The notes: generated from the sequence alone by a model not told the origin. A stretch of 62,235 nt of DNA, filler included, from Choristocarpus tenellus KU-1152 (GCA_964200185.2; 10 parts of 10 records of this genome joined end to end with filler, not necessarily neighbours in it); one strand, 5' to 3'; positions 46,665 through 59,421 are shown, counted from the first letter of the whole stretch. Numbers and translations: made by a program.

Positions 46665-47550
46665 TGAAACCCAAAACTTGGGGTTTTTGGTTAGTTTGTC
46701 GTTTGGCAGACTTCTGAAAAATAGAGAGCGATGGTTGTAAGTGTGCATGGATTTTGTGCGGTCGATTAAGAGGTGCGTACAAGCGATCATAGTGTGATTC
46801 GTGTTGTCGGCATGAAGGGAAGGCACCGATGTGACATAATGGATCGACAAAATCTATTGCCTTGATGGAATATAGATGTTAGCAATAGGCGAGAGGATGC
46901 AGGGTATTGCGAGTTGCAAACAGGGATTAACTATTGTGAGTGGGGAAAATCATACACGTGTGGTATCTACTCCTGCAGCAAGTGATGGATATATACCCGA
47001 CATTGTTACGTGAAAGGAAACAAAAACGTGGAGTTTTGGGTTAGTTTACCGATTGGCAGACTCATTCTAAATCGAGGGCGATGGTTGCAAGTGTGCACGG
47101 ACGGTGTGCTGTCGAATTAATAAATGCATATGTGCCATTATCATGTGATTTGTGGTGTCGACGCGAGGAAAGGTGCGGATGCGACATAATGGGTCAACGA
47201 TATCTATTGTGTGTTTAGTGTATGGGTTATCCAGGGGCGGGAGGGTGCAGACTAATGCGAGTGGCAAGGAGGGATCAGGTCCAGAGGGCGGGGAGAATCA
47301 TGCATGTAGTGTATGTGGCATACATTCCTGCAACAAGCGATGGGTATATGGTCGACGTTGGCACTGGAAAGAAAAGAGGAACTTGGAATTTTGCGCGAGT
47401 TTACTGATTGGCAGACTTGTACAACAAGGCGGCGATGGTTTTAAGTGTGTATAGACTATCTGTGCAGTCATTTCATAAGTGCATTGTGTTATCTTGACGC
47501 TACGCGTCGTGTCGACGGGAAGGGAGTGACGGATGTGGCATAAGTTCGAA
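46665..47550. repeat. Diverged ~350-bp tandem repeat, ~2.5 units
   Basis: AGTTT..TTGGCAGACT..GCGATGGTT..AAGTGTG..CGGATG.GACATAA recurs at ~46680, ~47030 and ~47385. Confidence 0.8.
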
Positions 47551-47689
47551 CAGTACGTGTTGAGTCTTTGTTATATATGTGGGCAAGGGGTGTACATGTT
47601 GGGGTTGTCGCCAGTGGCAAACAGAGGCCGAACTTTGAGAGTGTGTGTGGGGGGGGTCGTCGTGTGGAGTGTGCCTACCTTTGTGACGA

Positions 47690-48500
47690 TTGTCTTCCTG
47701 GGAGGAACTTTATGACCTTTGTGGTAGCGCCCCTCTTCCTCTGGGGTCGGATCACTCAAGGTGTACTGAGTTTTGGTTGCCTTGATTGTATCCACTAGGG
47801 ATGAGGTTACCGGCATGCGCACCCCATGTAGTTCCAGTCTCCTGGCAGCAGACTTCACCACAGCCCCGACTTCATCGGACAAGGACTTGCCGTGACCACG
47901 GAAATTCCCATCCGTACTAAAGACTGAGAACCCACTACATCTGCCATCTGTTCTTGGATTGGCTCCCGTAGCCATCGGACCAGATGTGGAGGACCTCTAG
48001 AGTCTGTCCGTATTCACTGGCTAGAGGGATTAGGCGGTCTTTCACAAACATCTCCATGGCATTATGGACGAACTCATTGTCTTGGCTTCAGTCTTCACTG
48101 CACACCGTCATGCTGTGAGCCCAAACCCTTCCCTTCCCAAGATTTCCTTCTTCTCTGAAATCCGTCAACCACTAGACAGTAGTCAGAAGCACCGTAAGGA
48201 ATAGATTGAAGAACTCTTGTTGTGTCAAGTCTTGGTGGTTGTGTTGCAGGTGGGCGCTGAAGTCCATGGACATGGCGGCATGTCCTTTGGGGAGGCGGGA
48301 TTTGCAGTGCTTGTGTTGTTGCGCCTGCCAAATAATGGAGTTGTGATGAAGGATGAAGCTCTTGTCGAAGTTTACAAATATGACCTTTAGGAGTGTAGGG
48401 AATCCCTCCGTTCTTGGGAACAGCCCCTGCATCGAACGGGCCAGGTGGTTGCATATCGAGTGTTGTTGCTGGTGATAGGTCATGGTGATTCAGGCTTAGT
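47690..48500 (-). mobile_element. Degenerate Sola2-like DDD transposase
   Basis: MSMDFSAHLQHNHQDLTQQEFF, SED.SQDNEFV, LHIWSDGYGSQSKN, GHGKSLSDEVGAVVKSAARR; contains stops and a frameshift. Confidence 0.7.
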
Positions 48501-48598
48501 TGTGATGTCACCGATTATGTACAGTGCTGTGGGAGGGAGTGTTTGCTCCTTGTTTGACCAATACGCCGTGTGACACATTCAATGTACACTGTAATATT

Positions 48599-48698
48599 NN
48601 NNNNNNNNNNNNNNNNNNNNNNNNNNNNNNNNNNNNNNNNNNTTAATTAATTAANNNNNNNNNNNNNNNNNNNNNNNNNNNNNNNNNNNNNNNNNNNN
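48599..48698. other. Artificial contig linker 7
   Basis: N44-TTAATTAATTAA-N44. Confidence 0.98.
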
Positions 48699-48763
48699 GC
48701 ACCAGTTTGGGTCAAACCCATCCTCCATAGTATGCTCCATCCTCAATTTTGCTGAGAGGCTGT
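48699..48763. mobile_element. Right arm of an R3 foldback MITE at the contig start
   Basis: GGGTCAAACCCATCCTC..CTCCATCCTCAATTTT..GGCTGT followed by TA. Confidence 0.7.
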
Positions 48764-48769
48764 TATATG

Positions 48770-49120
48770 CCCTACTTTGAATCGATCCCTCCCAAGTCTC
48801 TTAACACCTTATTGTACCTCTTTTAACACACTCTGCCACACACTCTCAAGCGTGTCTGCATAGTACGCATGGAACATACTCTTAACTCCCTCTACAAGGT
48901 TATCAACGGTGCCGTAACACTCTGCCCAAACCCTGCTCTTAATGGATGCGAAAAATCCCAAATCATTGATGTTGAGATCTGGTCACTTCGCTGTCTGTAT
49001 CACAAGCTCAGTTTCCCATCCATCCTCCCCCCCTGTGGCATTCAGCTCCTGTACTGTGTCTTTGCCCATTTGCAGGGTTGCGCCTTTGCGCTGCACGACC
49101 CCTCACCGTGTACCACTCCT
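48770..49120 (-). mobile_element. Second mariner transposase remnant (C-terminal part)
   Basis: GWETELVIQTAK*PDLNINDLGFFASIKSRVW..DNLVEGV.SMFHAY.ADTLE.VWQS; homologous to ~770-1110. Confidence 0.85.
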
Positions 49121-49559
49121 GCTACCACTCAGTGTGGGAGTGGTGGGAGCCTCCACACTGCACCAGGGCAGTTTTTAAAATGGGCCGAATATTCCCCATT
49201 CTGTGTTTCACTCTTTTGGAACCATTTCGGAACAGAATTCTTTGCAGAATTCTCCGATATTTTGTGTTCATGTCGAATATCCAAGGAATACCAGGGAAAA
49301 ATTCGTTTTGTAATCGGAGTTCATCTCGAAGAAGTACAACTTCACGGCACAGACTTATGGAACAGAGGGAGTAGGAGATGGAAAAAAAAACGAACTACGA
49401 GTACAACATAATCAACTCAAGAATAGAATACTATGATGAAGACTTCATTCTGCAGACAAAGATGGTGGTAGTGTTGTTGGCTTGGGGCGACATTAGTTGC
49501 TGCTTTGGCATGACGTACAATAGCTATCACAGCTTCCTTGGAATTCCACTCTGCCATGG

Positions 49560-50270
49560 AGTTTGTTGTGCCATCAACCACATACTTATACCCCTGTCGT
49601 TGGTTAGTACGGCCCTAGCATTGCAACCCTTGACTGCAATCTCAAACTCCTCGTGGTCGTTTTGGAGGCATGTCCACCAGTTCTCCTGTTCACCTTGCTT
49701 CAGTTTTCCAGCTGCAAGTTCCTCAAACATCAATAACTCGGAAAGTTGCCAATCCCCCATTCCACAATTGACTCAGGAAATACGAGTCCCTGTTTGCATG
49801 GCGCTGCAATGATACTCTCACACTCATTCTTCACAAGAGCATCTTTGTAAGATGGGATAAGATCGGTGCATTCCCATTGTCGGAATCCTACAAGGTGGAC
49901 GAGGAATTTGTGGTGAAAAGGGAGCTTCAACGTATACAACAATAAAATAGAACGTCAAGGCTTGAGTACGCCAATCTTATCCTCAATAGGGTTATAAACC
50001 TAGAGTCCTACGATAAAGCACTTGGCTACATTTTTGGCGCAATCAAGTCCAAGCTTCCTGCATCCTTGGGCTGATCTCAGCAATGATAGGGGCGTCGTCA
50101 CTACTGATAGTTCCCCTAAGGTCAACAAAATTATTGTTCTGTTTACAGGTGTGGTCCAGCGCCTGGATCTGTATGAATTTTGTAGCTTGATTTAGGAGGC
50201 GGAAGACACATGGTGTCCGTCTTTAATGCCGACACGGTAAGATTGAATGAAGTGGCAATCTTCGCACTCA
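49560..50270 (-). mobile_element. Degenerate RTE-like LINE, RT C-terminal region
   Basis: FNLTVSALKTDTMCL, GTISS..AEIS.RMQEAW, HHKFL..LVGFR, SYKDAL.KNECESI, LMFEEL, WWTCLQND. Confidence 0.65.
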
Positions 50271-50420
50271 ACATATTATTTTGGTCTCTCTCTCATCCTC
50301 TTCACAACCAGTTTCCTCAGTTGGGGACCCTTCAGACTGATGTCAAGATCAATATTGTTACTATGTAGTGGTAACAATTTGTTTAATATTTTAGGATTAT
50401 GCTGTGTTCGCTATTCATTG

Positions 50421-51108
50421 TTTATTATATTATCATTATATTTTTATGCCCTCTGACATTTTGTAGATGTGCAGGGGGAAACCAATGAGAACTATTCATA
50501 TGTCAGCATAAACCCTAGAGAAATCAAATATATCACAAATATGAGAAACACGAATCTATTCGTTATTTCGCTACTATCTATGTTGTACCCACTGCCTCTC
50601 TGTGCCTCCAATCTACCTTTTCCTGTACCCCAGGGTGAGGAGCTAGGGAGGCATCCCAAGAATCCAACAAACCCTTCCGTGCCCATCTCCCTGGTGACTC
50701 CAGGCTAAAACACATGGCACGTCTAGACAGATCCACTTGCGTAGTTACTGAGACAATTTGGCATAGCCGGGATTTGACCGGTCCTTTCCTGCTATATCCT
50801 CCAGATCCTCTCCCCCCCACCATATGTGTAGCCAGCTCATCCAAGAAACATCCCACTTGCTTGCCGAGGCGCTCAAAACTTTCCACCGCGAAGGTGTTGA
50901 GCTTATAGCTAAGCTGATCAAAAGAGCCCTCGTAGTGGGTGCGCTTTCGCGCTTCAGCTGCAGCAACACCTACACCATTGCTGGTGGATGAGTGTGTAAG
51001 ATGGGAGGTTGCCTACAGTTCTGGAAATGTAACATCTAGCAGAAGGCCTTCGTCATGGCAGGGAGCTGCGCCAGCGTCCGCCAGTCCCCCTGGATGGAAA
51101 ACTAGATC
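50421..51108 (-). mobile_element. 5'-truncated RLE non-LTR retrotransposon with 3' UTR and TAA-rich tail
   Basis: DLVFHPGGL..LLLDVT..EARKRTHY..FAVESFERLGKQ..FLDELATH..QIVSVTTQV..SRR, ending CAAAATGTCAGAGGGCATAAAAATATAAT. Confidence 0.8.
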
Positions 51109-51190
51109 AATATAATATTATTATATTCTTTGACATTTTGTAGATGTGTCAGGAAAATTAATGAAAAGTCAATTCAATATCATAACGACC
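51109..51190 (-). mobile_element. Older 3' end of the same RLE element, directly upstream of the 50421-51108 copy
   Basis: Minus strand GACACATCTACAAAATGTCAAAGAATATAATAATATTATATT abuts the truncated 5' end of the next copy. Confidence 0.7.
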
Positions 51191-51712
51191 ACTCCAAGTG
51201 AAACAGTTGTCGTATGAGCTAAAGATATTTTTCTATTATTTATTCGTTCCTCTAATAATTTCATGACTTTTCGAGGAATAATGATAATATATTAACAATG
51301 TCACGAACATTTTACACAAATATTATGATCACCCCATACATCTTACTTATACAATAGACAATCTAAATTTTTCCTCCATGCTTCTTCAAAAGTTCGACCG
51401 TATATCTATATTCAAAGTGTGAAGAGGACCATCATTGGCGGATGTTAGATTTTTTTTTTGATGTTAATGAACTAGCACCCGTTTTTCCATTACCAACAGG
51501 AACAGTGGAGAGTAAGATTTGACGTCAAAACTTGTGGCGAGAATAACACAGGATATATAGTAAGGTCAACCTTTGTGGTGAGTTGTACCTAACTAAGAGG
51601 AGAGGGGGACATGCTTGTACATTCGTGTGCATATAATCCTGTCCCTTTCTCTGGCTTCTTGACCACCTATATGCCTCGAGGTAACCTCGAGTAACAGTCT
51701 ATTGCATCTACC

Positions 51713-53392
51713 ATGTTTGAGTTGAAAAACGTGAGAGAAACTTTTTTAAAGATCCGAGAACACCGTACACACGAGCAGAGCATTGGGTTGGATCTTCGAG
51801 CGGAGGAAATGGCTACGTCCTGGGATATCCTTGAGGCCGATTGGGAAGCACTCCAGCAGAAAATGGATGTGGTGGGGATAGAGAATTTTACAGGTAGAGA
51901 TACCGACATGATACGTCTAAATGTGGGAGGGACAATGATCGCTGCTTGGCGGTCGACCTTGACCCAGGTTAAGGGATCAAGACTTGCAGCCCTGTTTGAG
52001 GTGGAATGGGGAGCAGTACTCCCCCGAGATGACTCCGGCTTTATCTTTCTGGACGAGTCTCCTTCCAGCTTCGAGAAGGTAATTGACCTCCTGCTGAAAC
52101 AATGTTCTGGCACTGTCACAAAGCCTCTATTGGCTGATGATAAGGATGGCCAGTTCAGTATCCAGCGTATGGCGAACTTCTTAGGAACTGGTAGCCTGTG
52201 CCCTCGTAATTCTATTGGAGGTGGAAGCACTACTTTGCTGAGTTCACCTACTCACCAAGATGAACATTTGAAGGTCATTGAGGGCTGGTGCCTTGGTTCG
52301 CTTGGCCACCTGCAGCTCCTGTATAGGGCAACACGGGATGGTTTCACCGCTGCTGCTTTCCATAGCAGGTGTGATACCAACAGTCCAACATTGAGTCTAA
52401 TTCGATGCGGAGAGGCTATCGTCGGAGGGTTTTCGGACCAGCCTTGGGCAGGAAACGCTTGCTATCGTTCATCCAATACAGCCTTCCTCTTCTCGCTTCG
52501 AGATCAATGTGGAAAGTTTGTACCTAGCAAGCTCAACGTCAAGCAACACGGTTCTGCAGTGTGCTGCAATCCTATCTTTGGACCCATCTTCGGGGTTGGG
52601 CATGATCTTCACATTGATCTGAAGATGCAGCCTAGCATCCTGGCAGCACGTTCATCAGGAAGTTACGACTGGACTGGTGAGGCGGCCCGAGTGCTGAGGG
52701 GCATCAATGGTCAGGTCCTTGCAGAAGTAGAAGTCTTCTTGGTTACATGCTCGGCACTATCCCCAGCCTTTACTCCGACGTCACCCCTTACTGAGCCCGT
52801 GGTGCACACCAGCAAAAATGTAGATGGTATTTTCAAGGCGGATGTTGAAAGGTTTGGATTAGCAATTGCATGTGAGCTTCAAAGAGAACAAGCAGCACTC
52901 GACAGATCAAGGACTGAACTGGGTAAGACCAGTGCTATTGTGGAAGCGGCCAGCAGTGCATTCTTCTCCATGTTTGGCTCCACGGCAAGTAAGGAGTGCA
53001 ATACAAAAATGGACCCCATTGTGGAGCTCAATGTCAGGGGAACCTTGATGTCCACCTTGCAATCTACTCTATGTTTGTGTACGGACTCTGCTCTGGCAGC
53101 AAGGTTTAACAACAAGAGGTGGTCAACAACAGATCGAGATATCGATGAAAAAGGGCGCCATCTCATTGATTGTAATCCACTGTGCTTTGCAAAGATCCTG
53201 GATGTGCTGCGGGTGAGAAAGAGAGAGGTGAAAATGTTACTGAGGGAAAAGAAAATGAGCAAGGAGAACTGCAGCCCCTATTGTGTATGTGTCAGCATCA
53301 ATGTTAAGGAGATCTTTGAGGAGGTAGTGAACCTCTACTTCCCTGGGAGAGAGTCTTTCATCATGGATTGGGTGGAAATCATTGACACCTGA
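51713..53392 (+). CDS. Intronless BTB(KCTD-type)-TLDc-BTB protein, 559 aa
   Basis: BTB1 IRLNVGGT..STLTQVKGSRLAALF..IFLDESPSSFEKVID; TLDc LLYRATRDGF..FHSRCD, GGFS, AFLFSL, GPIFGVGHDL, EVEVF; BTB2 IVELNVRGT..STL..DSALAARF..IDCNP.CF.KILD.LR. Confidence 0.9.
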   Translation: MFELKNVRETFLKIREHRTHEQSIGLDLRAEEMATSWDILEADWEALQQKMDVVGIENFTGRDTDMIRLNVGGTMIAAWRSTLTQVKGSRLAALFEVEWGAVLPRDDSGFIFLDESPSSFEKVIDLLLKQCSGTVTKPLLADDKDGQFSIQRMANFLGTGSLCPRNSIGGGSTTLLSSPTHQDEHLKVIEGWCLGSLGHLQLLYRATRDGFTAAAFHSRCDTNSPTLSLIRCGEAIVGGFSDQPWAGNACYRSSNTAFLFSLRDQCGKFVPSKLNVKQHGSAVCCNPIFGPIFGVGHDLHIDLKMQPSILAARSSGSYDWTGEAARVLRGINGQVLAEVEVFLVTCSALSPAFTPTSPLTEPVVHTSKNVDGIFKADVERFGLAIACELQREQAALDRSRTELGKTSAIVEAASSAFFSMFGSTASKECNTKMDPIVELNVRGTLMSTLQSTLCLCTDSALAARFNNKRWSTTDRDIDEKGRHLIDCNPLCFAKILDVLRVRKREVKMLLREKKMSKENCSPYCVCVSINVKEIFEEVVNLYFPGRESFIMDWVEIIDT

Positions 53393-55387
53393 AGCACAGG
53401 AGATCTCTGTGAGTACATGCTGTCATACTGTGTGTACAGGTGGTGATTGTTTCTTCTCCCATACGATGTGCATGTTGGCAGTCCAAAACTCAATCAATAA
53501 CAACCTTGTTGTGATTCACACCTCTAGTTGGTCTAAATTTGTGCTGGTGCGTGGCTTTGTTTGCTTTTATGTCTGCTTTATTTACTTATCATTACAGGTT
53601 AGAATATATCATGTCAACATACCATAGGACAGTGAGTCGTGGGTCATCCCCTGGTGTGACTCTTAGAACTATATGCTCAGAAATAGAACGTATCGTCTAC
53701 ACTGTCACTTGAGTGCAATTGGCGAATTATTCCTGCTGTCTCCCCTGCGCTTGGCTCTGTTTATTGCTCCAGTTCACCTCCAAATGGGGGAAGCACGGTT
53801 GTGTATGCCTGTCGGCATGTTTTGGGACCACGATACGATCAATCCTCCTGCCTTGTGCTGAGTGGGAAACGGATGCAAGCAGGATGATAGTGCTGGCATC
53901 AGATAATCAGTGCATTTCGAAATTCTTTGACCTCAAGTGGACCAGGTCACTGATAATGGGTTATCTTTATTGTGATTTGAGTTCGATCATTATTTTGTAC
54001 ATGCCACACTGTTAGTCCCTCAAGAAAGGGGGACATCACCTGAAGAGGTTGGGTCTTCTACTTCCTGTTCTCGAATTGCGCTACAACTTGTTTTATGGAT
54101 TATGGATTGAGTTATACAATCAAGATTTTTTTTGGTGCTTGTGATTGCTTCTTACTGCTCCTCAAAAAAAATGTTACCAGATGCATGGCAGTTTTTCTTT
54201 GTATCTGACATTTCTTTATAGAGTACAGAGATGGACCCACCTCTTGGTATACGGAAAAATAGATGTTGCCCAAGATGCACTCAACTTGGTGAGGATGAAT
54301 ATCACGGTCGATTTCGAGTCATGAGGGATGTTTGGGGTTGCTTTGGCTCAGCTTGTCTTGAAGTGGGCAGACACTCCATGCTGAGGGGGGTGCGAACCCA
54401 GTTTATGCCTTACAGAGTACGGTAAGCCAAAGTATCCAGTGCCAAGAGGGGTCACCACACTTCACTCATAAAAAAAAAGCAATTAGAAAGACTGTTAGAA
54501 AGACTGTTATTAATAAAAATAGAAAAAGTCGTATTAAGACTTTTGTTAAAATAGTAGTATGGGTACAATGTTAGATAGTTCGTGTGCTTCAAGACCTGTG
54601 TAGATGGATACGAAGATATCTCCCTTCAGGTTGATTGATGTGCGTTGTGCTACTTCTGTTTTCTGTACTAACATACATGTATGTCGAAGGACAATACAAG
54701 TCAGATGAACGTTCTAACGATACTTCAATGAAAACATCTATTTTTCTAGCCGTTGCAGGCCTTACGTTGAAGAATTCTTACTGTGAAGCATTTTAGGCCT
54801 CATAATTAAGAACACAAACATAAAAAAGAGTTTTCCATAATACGGCATGTGAAGCACCTGATAGTGAGACTGTCTACATATCTTCTTTTCGATGGCCATG
54901 AATTAGAGTTGAGAGGTAAGGGATACACACCAATAACAGCGATGTCCACACCAATAGGATAGCCCATGTGTCACACCGAGGCAATAATGAAATGCTCTGG
55001 TTCTACCACAAAACCCAGTCCCTTCACAACTGCACCACCTTGGTTCCTGCTTTCAGTCGATTCTGTTGTGCTTTTGTGAGAGTGTTGATCACTCCATTGC
55101 ACGAGTATGCCGTTTTTGAAGACAGGCTTCGTTTGACCTTTCTCCTTCACCAAAGTTTTCGTTTATTGGCATGTAATAAAAATCGTCAAGAAACTATTTA
55201 TCCCAGTGCAAGGTTCCACAAACATTTTATGAACACATGGCCCAGTTAAACTTTCATCGTTTATTCCTCTTTCCGACTAGTACTGCTCGAAAGCGTCACA
55301 TTACAACATACTTTCCCACTGTGCAAGAAATGCCATCCTTTTTGGTCAGGCAGCTAGCTCACAAGCAACAGGTGAAAGACTGGGTTA

Positions 55388-55647
55388 GAGTGAAAGTATC
55401 TTAGAGGGTACGACTTTTGCCCTGTTTTGTCCATTCAGGGCTTGGCTTCCCATTGGTTCTTTCGTGACATTTTCCTACTCCAAAATGTTCAGGGGTAGAT
55501 AAAATGTGTATGTTATGAAAAGGTGTGTCCAGAAGAAGGATAGTGACACTTCCTAACAAACACGATAGCCAAAATTACATCAATATCGCAACATTGGATT
55601 TTGGGCCCCAAATGGACGCGGCTCTACCCTCCAAGATACTTTGGGTC
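55388..55647. mobile_element. MITE R1 copy c
   Basis: GAGTGAAAGTATCTTAGAGGGTA ... TACCCTCCAAGATACTTTGGGTC. Confidence 0.85.
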
Positions 55648-55830
55648 TTTATATGATGCAAGATTTTTATTTACTATATTTTAGCCCTGGGCTGTTATGG
55701 CCTTATTCTCCCTCTCCCTGTTCTTCTCTTGCGATGTATTACAAGTCCAACAACTTGCACTAGAAAATAGATAAATGCAGATCGGCGTATCGGACAGGCA
55801 GGGTGAGGGGGCGGGGGCATATCGCAACAC

Positions 55831-55930
55831 NNNNNNNNNNNNNNNNNNNNNNNNNNNNNNNNNNNNNNNNNNNNTTAATTAATTAANNNNNNNNNNNNNN
55901 NNNNNNNNNNNNNNNNNNNNNNNNNNNNNN
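55831..55930. other. Artificial contig linker 8
   Basis: N44-TTAATTAATTAA-N44. Confidence 0.98.
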
Positions 55931-56160
55931 GTAGAGCAGTTGCATGGAAGACCAAAGAAATTGGGTTGATGATGAAAGAAATAAGGGGCCTTTTGGTGAA
56001 TCCCCTTGACCCCTCTTACCTACCAGTCCTTTCTTTATCTTGAACGAAACTATGAGTCGAGCTTTGAGTCAAGCACTGAGAGGAATATCAAGAGAGAAGG
56101 ATACCTGACACACTACAAACTGTTATCAAGGGCAACGTTCCCATAGCGTCGTTTTAAGGT

Positions 56161-56218
56161 CGTCGGATTTGGGTGGCATATCCTGTGGAGGTGAGTTCTG
56201 GGGGGCACGCTGTAACAC
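56161..56218 (+). repeat. Dispersed repeat R5, copy 3
   Basis: ATCCTGTGGAGGTGAG..GGGG..CTGTAACA matches 61-97. Confidence 0.5.
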
Positions 56219-58399
56219 AAGCTAAAATATTATATTCCCACCAAAGGACGAATCAGAGTGGGTGGTCATTATAATCTGCTTCCTAGCAAAGAGTAGGCAT
56301 TGTTATACGTATTAGTCCGTTTTCAACCTAACCTCTCTAGTGCAGTTCGAAATAGTGAGGCCTTGTGGTTTCCATGCTGTATTTGATGCGATCTGAATCA
56401 AAACAGTCACACTACATCAACACACCACAACAGTGCAGAGAGAAGAGAGTGCCTGAAGACTGAGAGGAAGTGCTCGTTAGAGGATAATGCATTCAGAGGA
56501 GGGATGGTGGTGGCAACGCATGGTGTCGAAGAGGAGGATTTAGATGGCACTACATCTTGTGATATCCATGTCCTGAAGGTTAGATCTCCCTTGTGATTGA
56601 AAGCGTGTATGCGATGATGACGTTGATATTGTCTATTGGCAAAATAGACAGGTACCACATGTGCCTTTGCTCTAAATTAATTATGCTCTGTCTACTCCTA
56701 CTGCTAGTGTTGCGTGAACTTATGGAGGCTAGTGTACCTCTAATCTACATCGTGGTATCAGAATATATGGTGGACCTTCCTTTCACTTTGTCGCCACTGA
56801 CATAAGCCAATTCTGGCGTCTGTGACAATAATTGTTTGAGGCGTATATAGAAAGGTTGGGGTGCAAGCTGTCAGGATAGTGATGGGGAGCCATAGATACT
56901 ACTAGGGGCGCACACGGAGTGACTTTTTTTATGTGTTTTATTTGTTTTGAGTTGAACTAGTCTGGAGATTATCCACGCTCATGGCCAGTGGGACAGAGAA
57001 CTAATTCTCATGCCAATTACTACCTATCTGTTGAACTAAACTTATTGTACTGACACAGTTTCTGCCTTGCTTCTTGTACCTTGGGTTCAGTACTCCTACT
57101 GCCTGTCGCTCTGTCTCCTCCGTCGAATCTTCTCCTGGACCCACCCTCAAGTTCCCACCTTGATCTTCATCGACCAGCATCCTTGTGCTACAGCACGAGA
57201 CAATAGAGTTGTACACTAGTGCCAATTATGGTCGGCCGCATCCAAATTGTCGCCGCTAACTGATTCCCGAATAATCTTTTACCAACTAGTTGGTATTCCA
57301 TACCTCATCCCTGCCATATACACCTGAAAGCTCCTGTGTGTATCGAGTGCGATGGCACATAAGTACATGTATCCAATACATCCTCGAAAGTTTTAGCCTA
57401 TGGCAGGGCTCCTCACCACTCAGGAGGCTTGTTTACTTACAGCCATGCCTCTTGCTAGCCATGTACCATGATATGGCGTGGCGACCCGCAATATTAATTG
57501 CAATGAATGTAGGTTGGGATCTTAGTGGTTATTGTGGAGTGAAACTGGCTTCCATTAATATAGAGATTGATCTTCTGGACGCGATAGAGCATCTATTTTT
57601 CAAGATCGGCATGACATACCAGCGATCAAGCTTCATGCCCACGCTTGTTTTGAGGCTGCCATTGCCCTCCATACTTTTGAAGGGGACATGCAGCTACCCA
57701 GGGTGCTTGATTTATGGATACTTGCAGGGCACTGGTTCTGGGTACCAAGGAAATTTTATTGGGTGCAAGCTATATATATTACCACCTTGGCTAGGTTACT
57801 ACAACAATGATAACGAATATCATTCACATTGTTATTCACATTAGTCTGGTGTGTACCAGTCCCATGATGGTCAAAAAGGCTTGTCCAAAGAAGGTGATAC
57901 ATCCTGCTTGAGAAAGACAAGAAGAACTACAAAAAGAAACCAAAATTCGATGACAGAAGAAAGGAAAAGGAAGAGGACCCCATCTGTGAATGCACTACCA
58001 TCCACAAAGAAATGGAGTCATATCAGATCCATCGAGGACCGAAAAAAAAAAATATATATATATATATATAATGTCAGAAAAAGGAAACAAAAGTAGAAGA
58101 GAAGAAAAAGAACAAGGGATGCAAGAGAATTAAACTCCACAAACTATATTATCATGAGTAAGGCAACCTTCAGCAGACAGTGATGGTGGTTACCGCTTTT
58201 TTGCCCCACCACATTGTGGCGGTAGGATGGAGGTCGAATCTCGTCGTGTTTATTTATATTGTGTGTGATTATTGTGGTGAAAAACTCTTTTGCCTGTTCT
58301 GATTCGTTCAACAGTATGTATCTTGCACGTTATATCACTTTATATTTTTTGGCAATGTCCATTACGACAATATATTCCCCAATAGAGTCTTGCACTATA

Positions 58400-58525
58400 T
58401 TTTATTATTATGCCCTCTGACATTTTGCAGATGTGTCAAGGGGGAAACCAGTGAAAACTATGTATATACATGTCGTTATTTGCCCTAAGGAAATAAAATA
58501 TCCTAAACATACTAAGCACTATATT
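58400..58525 (-). mobile_element. Solo 3' end of the RLE retroelement
   Basis: Plus strand TTATTATTATGCCCTCTGACATTTTGCAGATGTGTC..GGGGGAAACCA. Confidence 0.75.
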
Positions 58526-59040
58526 GTACCCACAGACATAATGTAAATGTTTGACTGGTGAGGACGAAGAATAATGATCTACTCAACATTTTTGAACACT
58601 ATTCAATCAACCAGATAATACTATATGCTTTGTGGAATTCTCCCGATAATAATCAATTATTTCCTTCTTTATCCCTATTACTCGGGTAGACATCGGAGAG
58701 AAAAAATCCCCGCTTTCAGTCAGATTCATTCCTCTTTATTCAAACATGAACTAGTATACTCCATCCGACCTCCCCTCCCACTATCATTATTACTTGTGAC
58801 ATATCGACACCAAGACATAAATACTGAAAGGTAAGCAAGCATTCTTTTCGAACCATGTGTAGGTCGATCAGCGTGGTCTCAATCATTTGTCTATGGTATG
58901 TGGTATATTCGACTATCACAACCTCATTGCTAAGCGTACTCCAACCACGCGTTGTTCCTCAGCAGTAAATCTTGGACGACGATGGAGACCACCAAACAAG
59001 CAGACCCCATCGTATTCAAGTACTTCGATATCCCATTCAG

Positions 59041-59140
59041 NNNNNNNNNNNNNNNNNNNNNNNNNNNNNNNNNNNNNNNNNNNNTTAATTAATTAANNNN
59101 NNNNNNNNNNNNNNNNNNNNNNNNNNNNNNNNNNNNNNNN
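59041..59140. other. Artificial contig linker 9
   Basis: N44-TTAATTAATTAA-N44. Confidence 0.98.
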
Positions 59141-59181
59141 CCCAATTGGACGAGGCTCTACCCTCTAAGATACTTTGGCTC
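59141..59181. mobile_element. Terminus of an R1 MITE at the contig start
   Basis: TGGACGAGGCTCTACCCTCTAAGATACTTTGGCTC. Confidence 0.75.
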
Positions 59182-59421
59182 TTCTGCCTCCAATACGCGT
59201 CTCTGAAAAAAACTACATACTGATTGGCGTCCTCGACACTCACTTGTTTCGAACTATTTCGCCCCGCAAGCCGCCTCCATTAAACACGTTCACCACGTCA
59301 ACCATATCGTTTGCTCTGCCCGATTGACATGCTATCATACTTCCATAACACTCTCCCATTTTTGACGTCGCCATCGTCCCCTCCTCTCCTCAACGACGTC
59401 CTCCGCCGTCTCCACTACTAG

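Noticed and set aside
57001-57844. Possible LINE RT fragment (PRYKKQGRNC..ISLV) and a 184-aa plus-strand ORF
   Set aside because: Similarity is weak and no RT core motif is visible.
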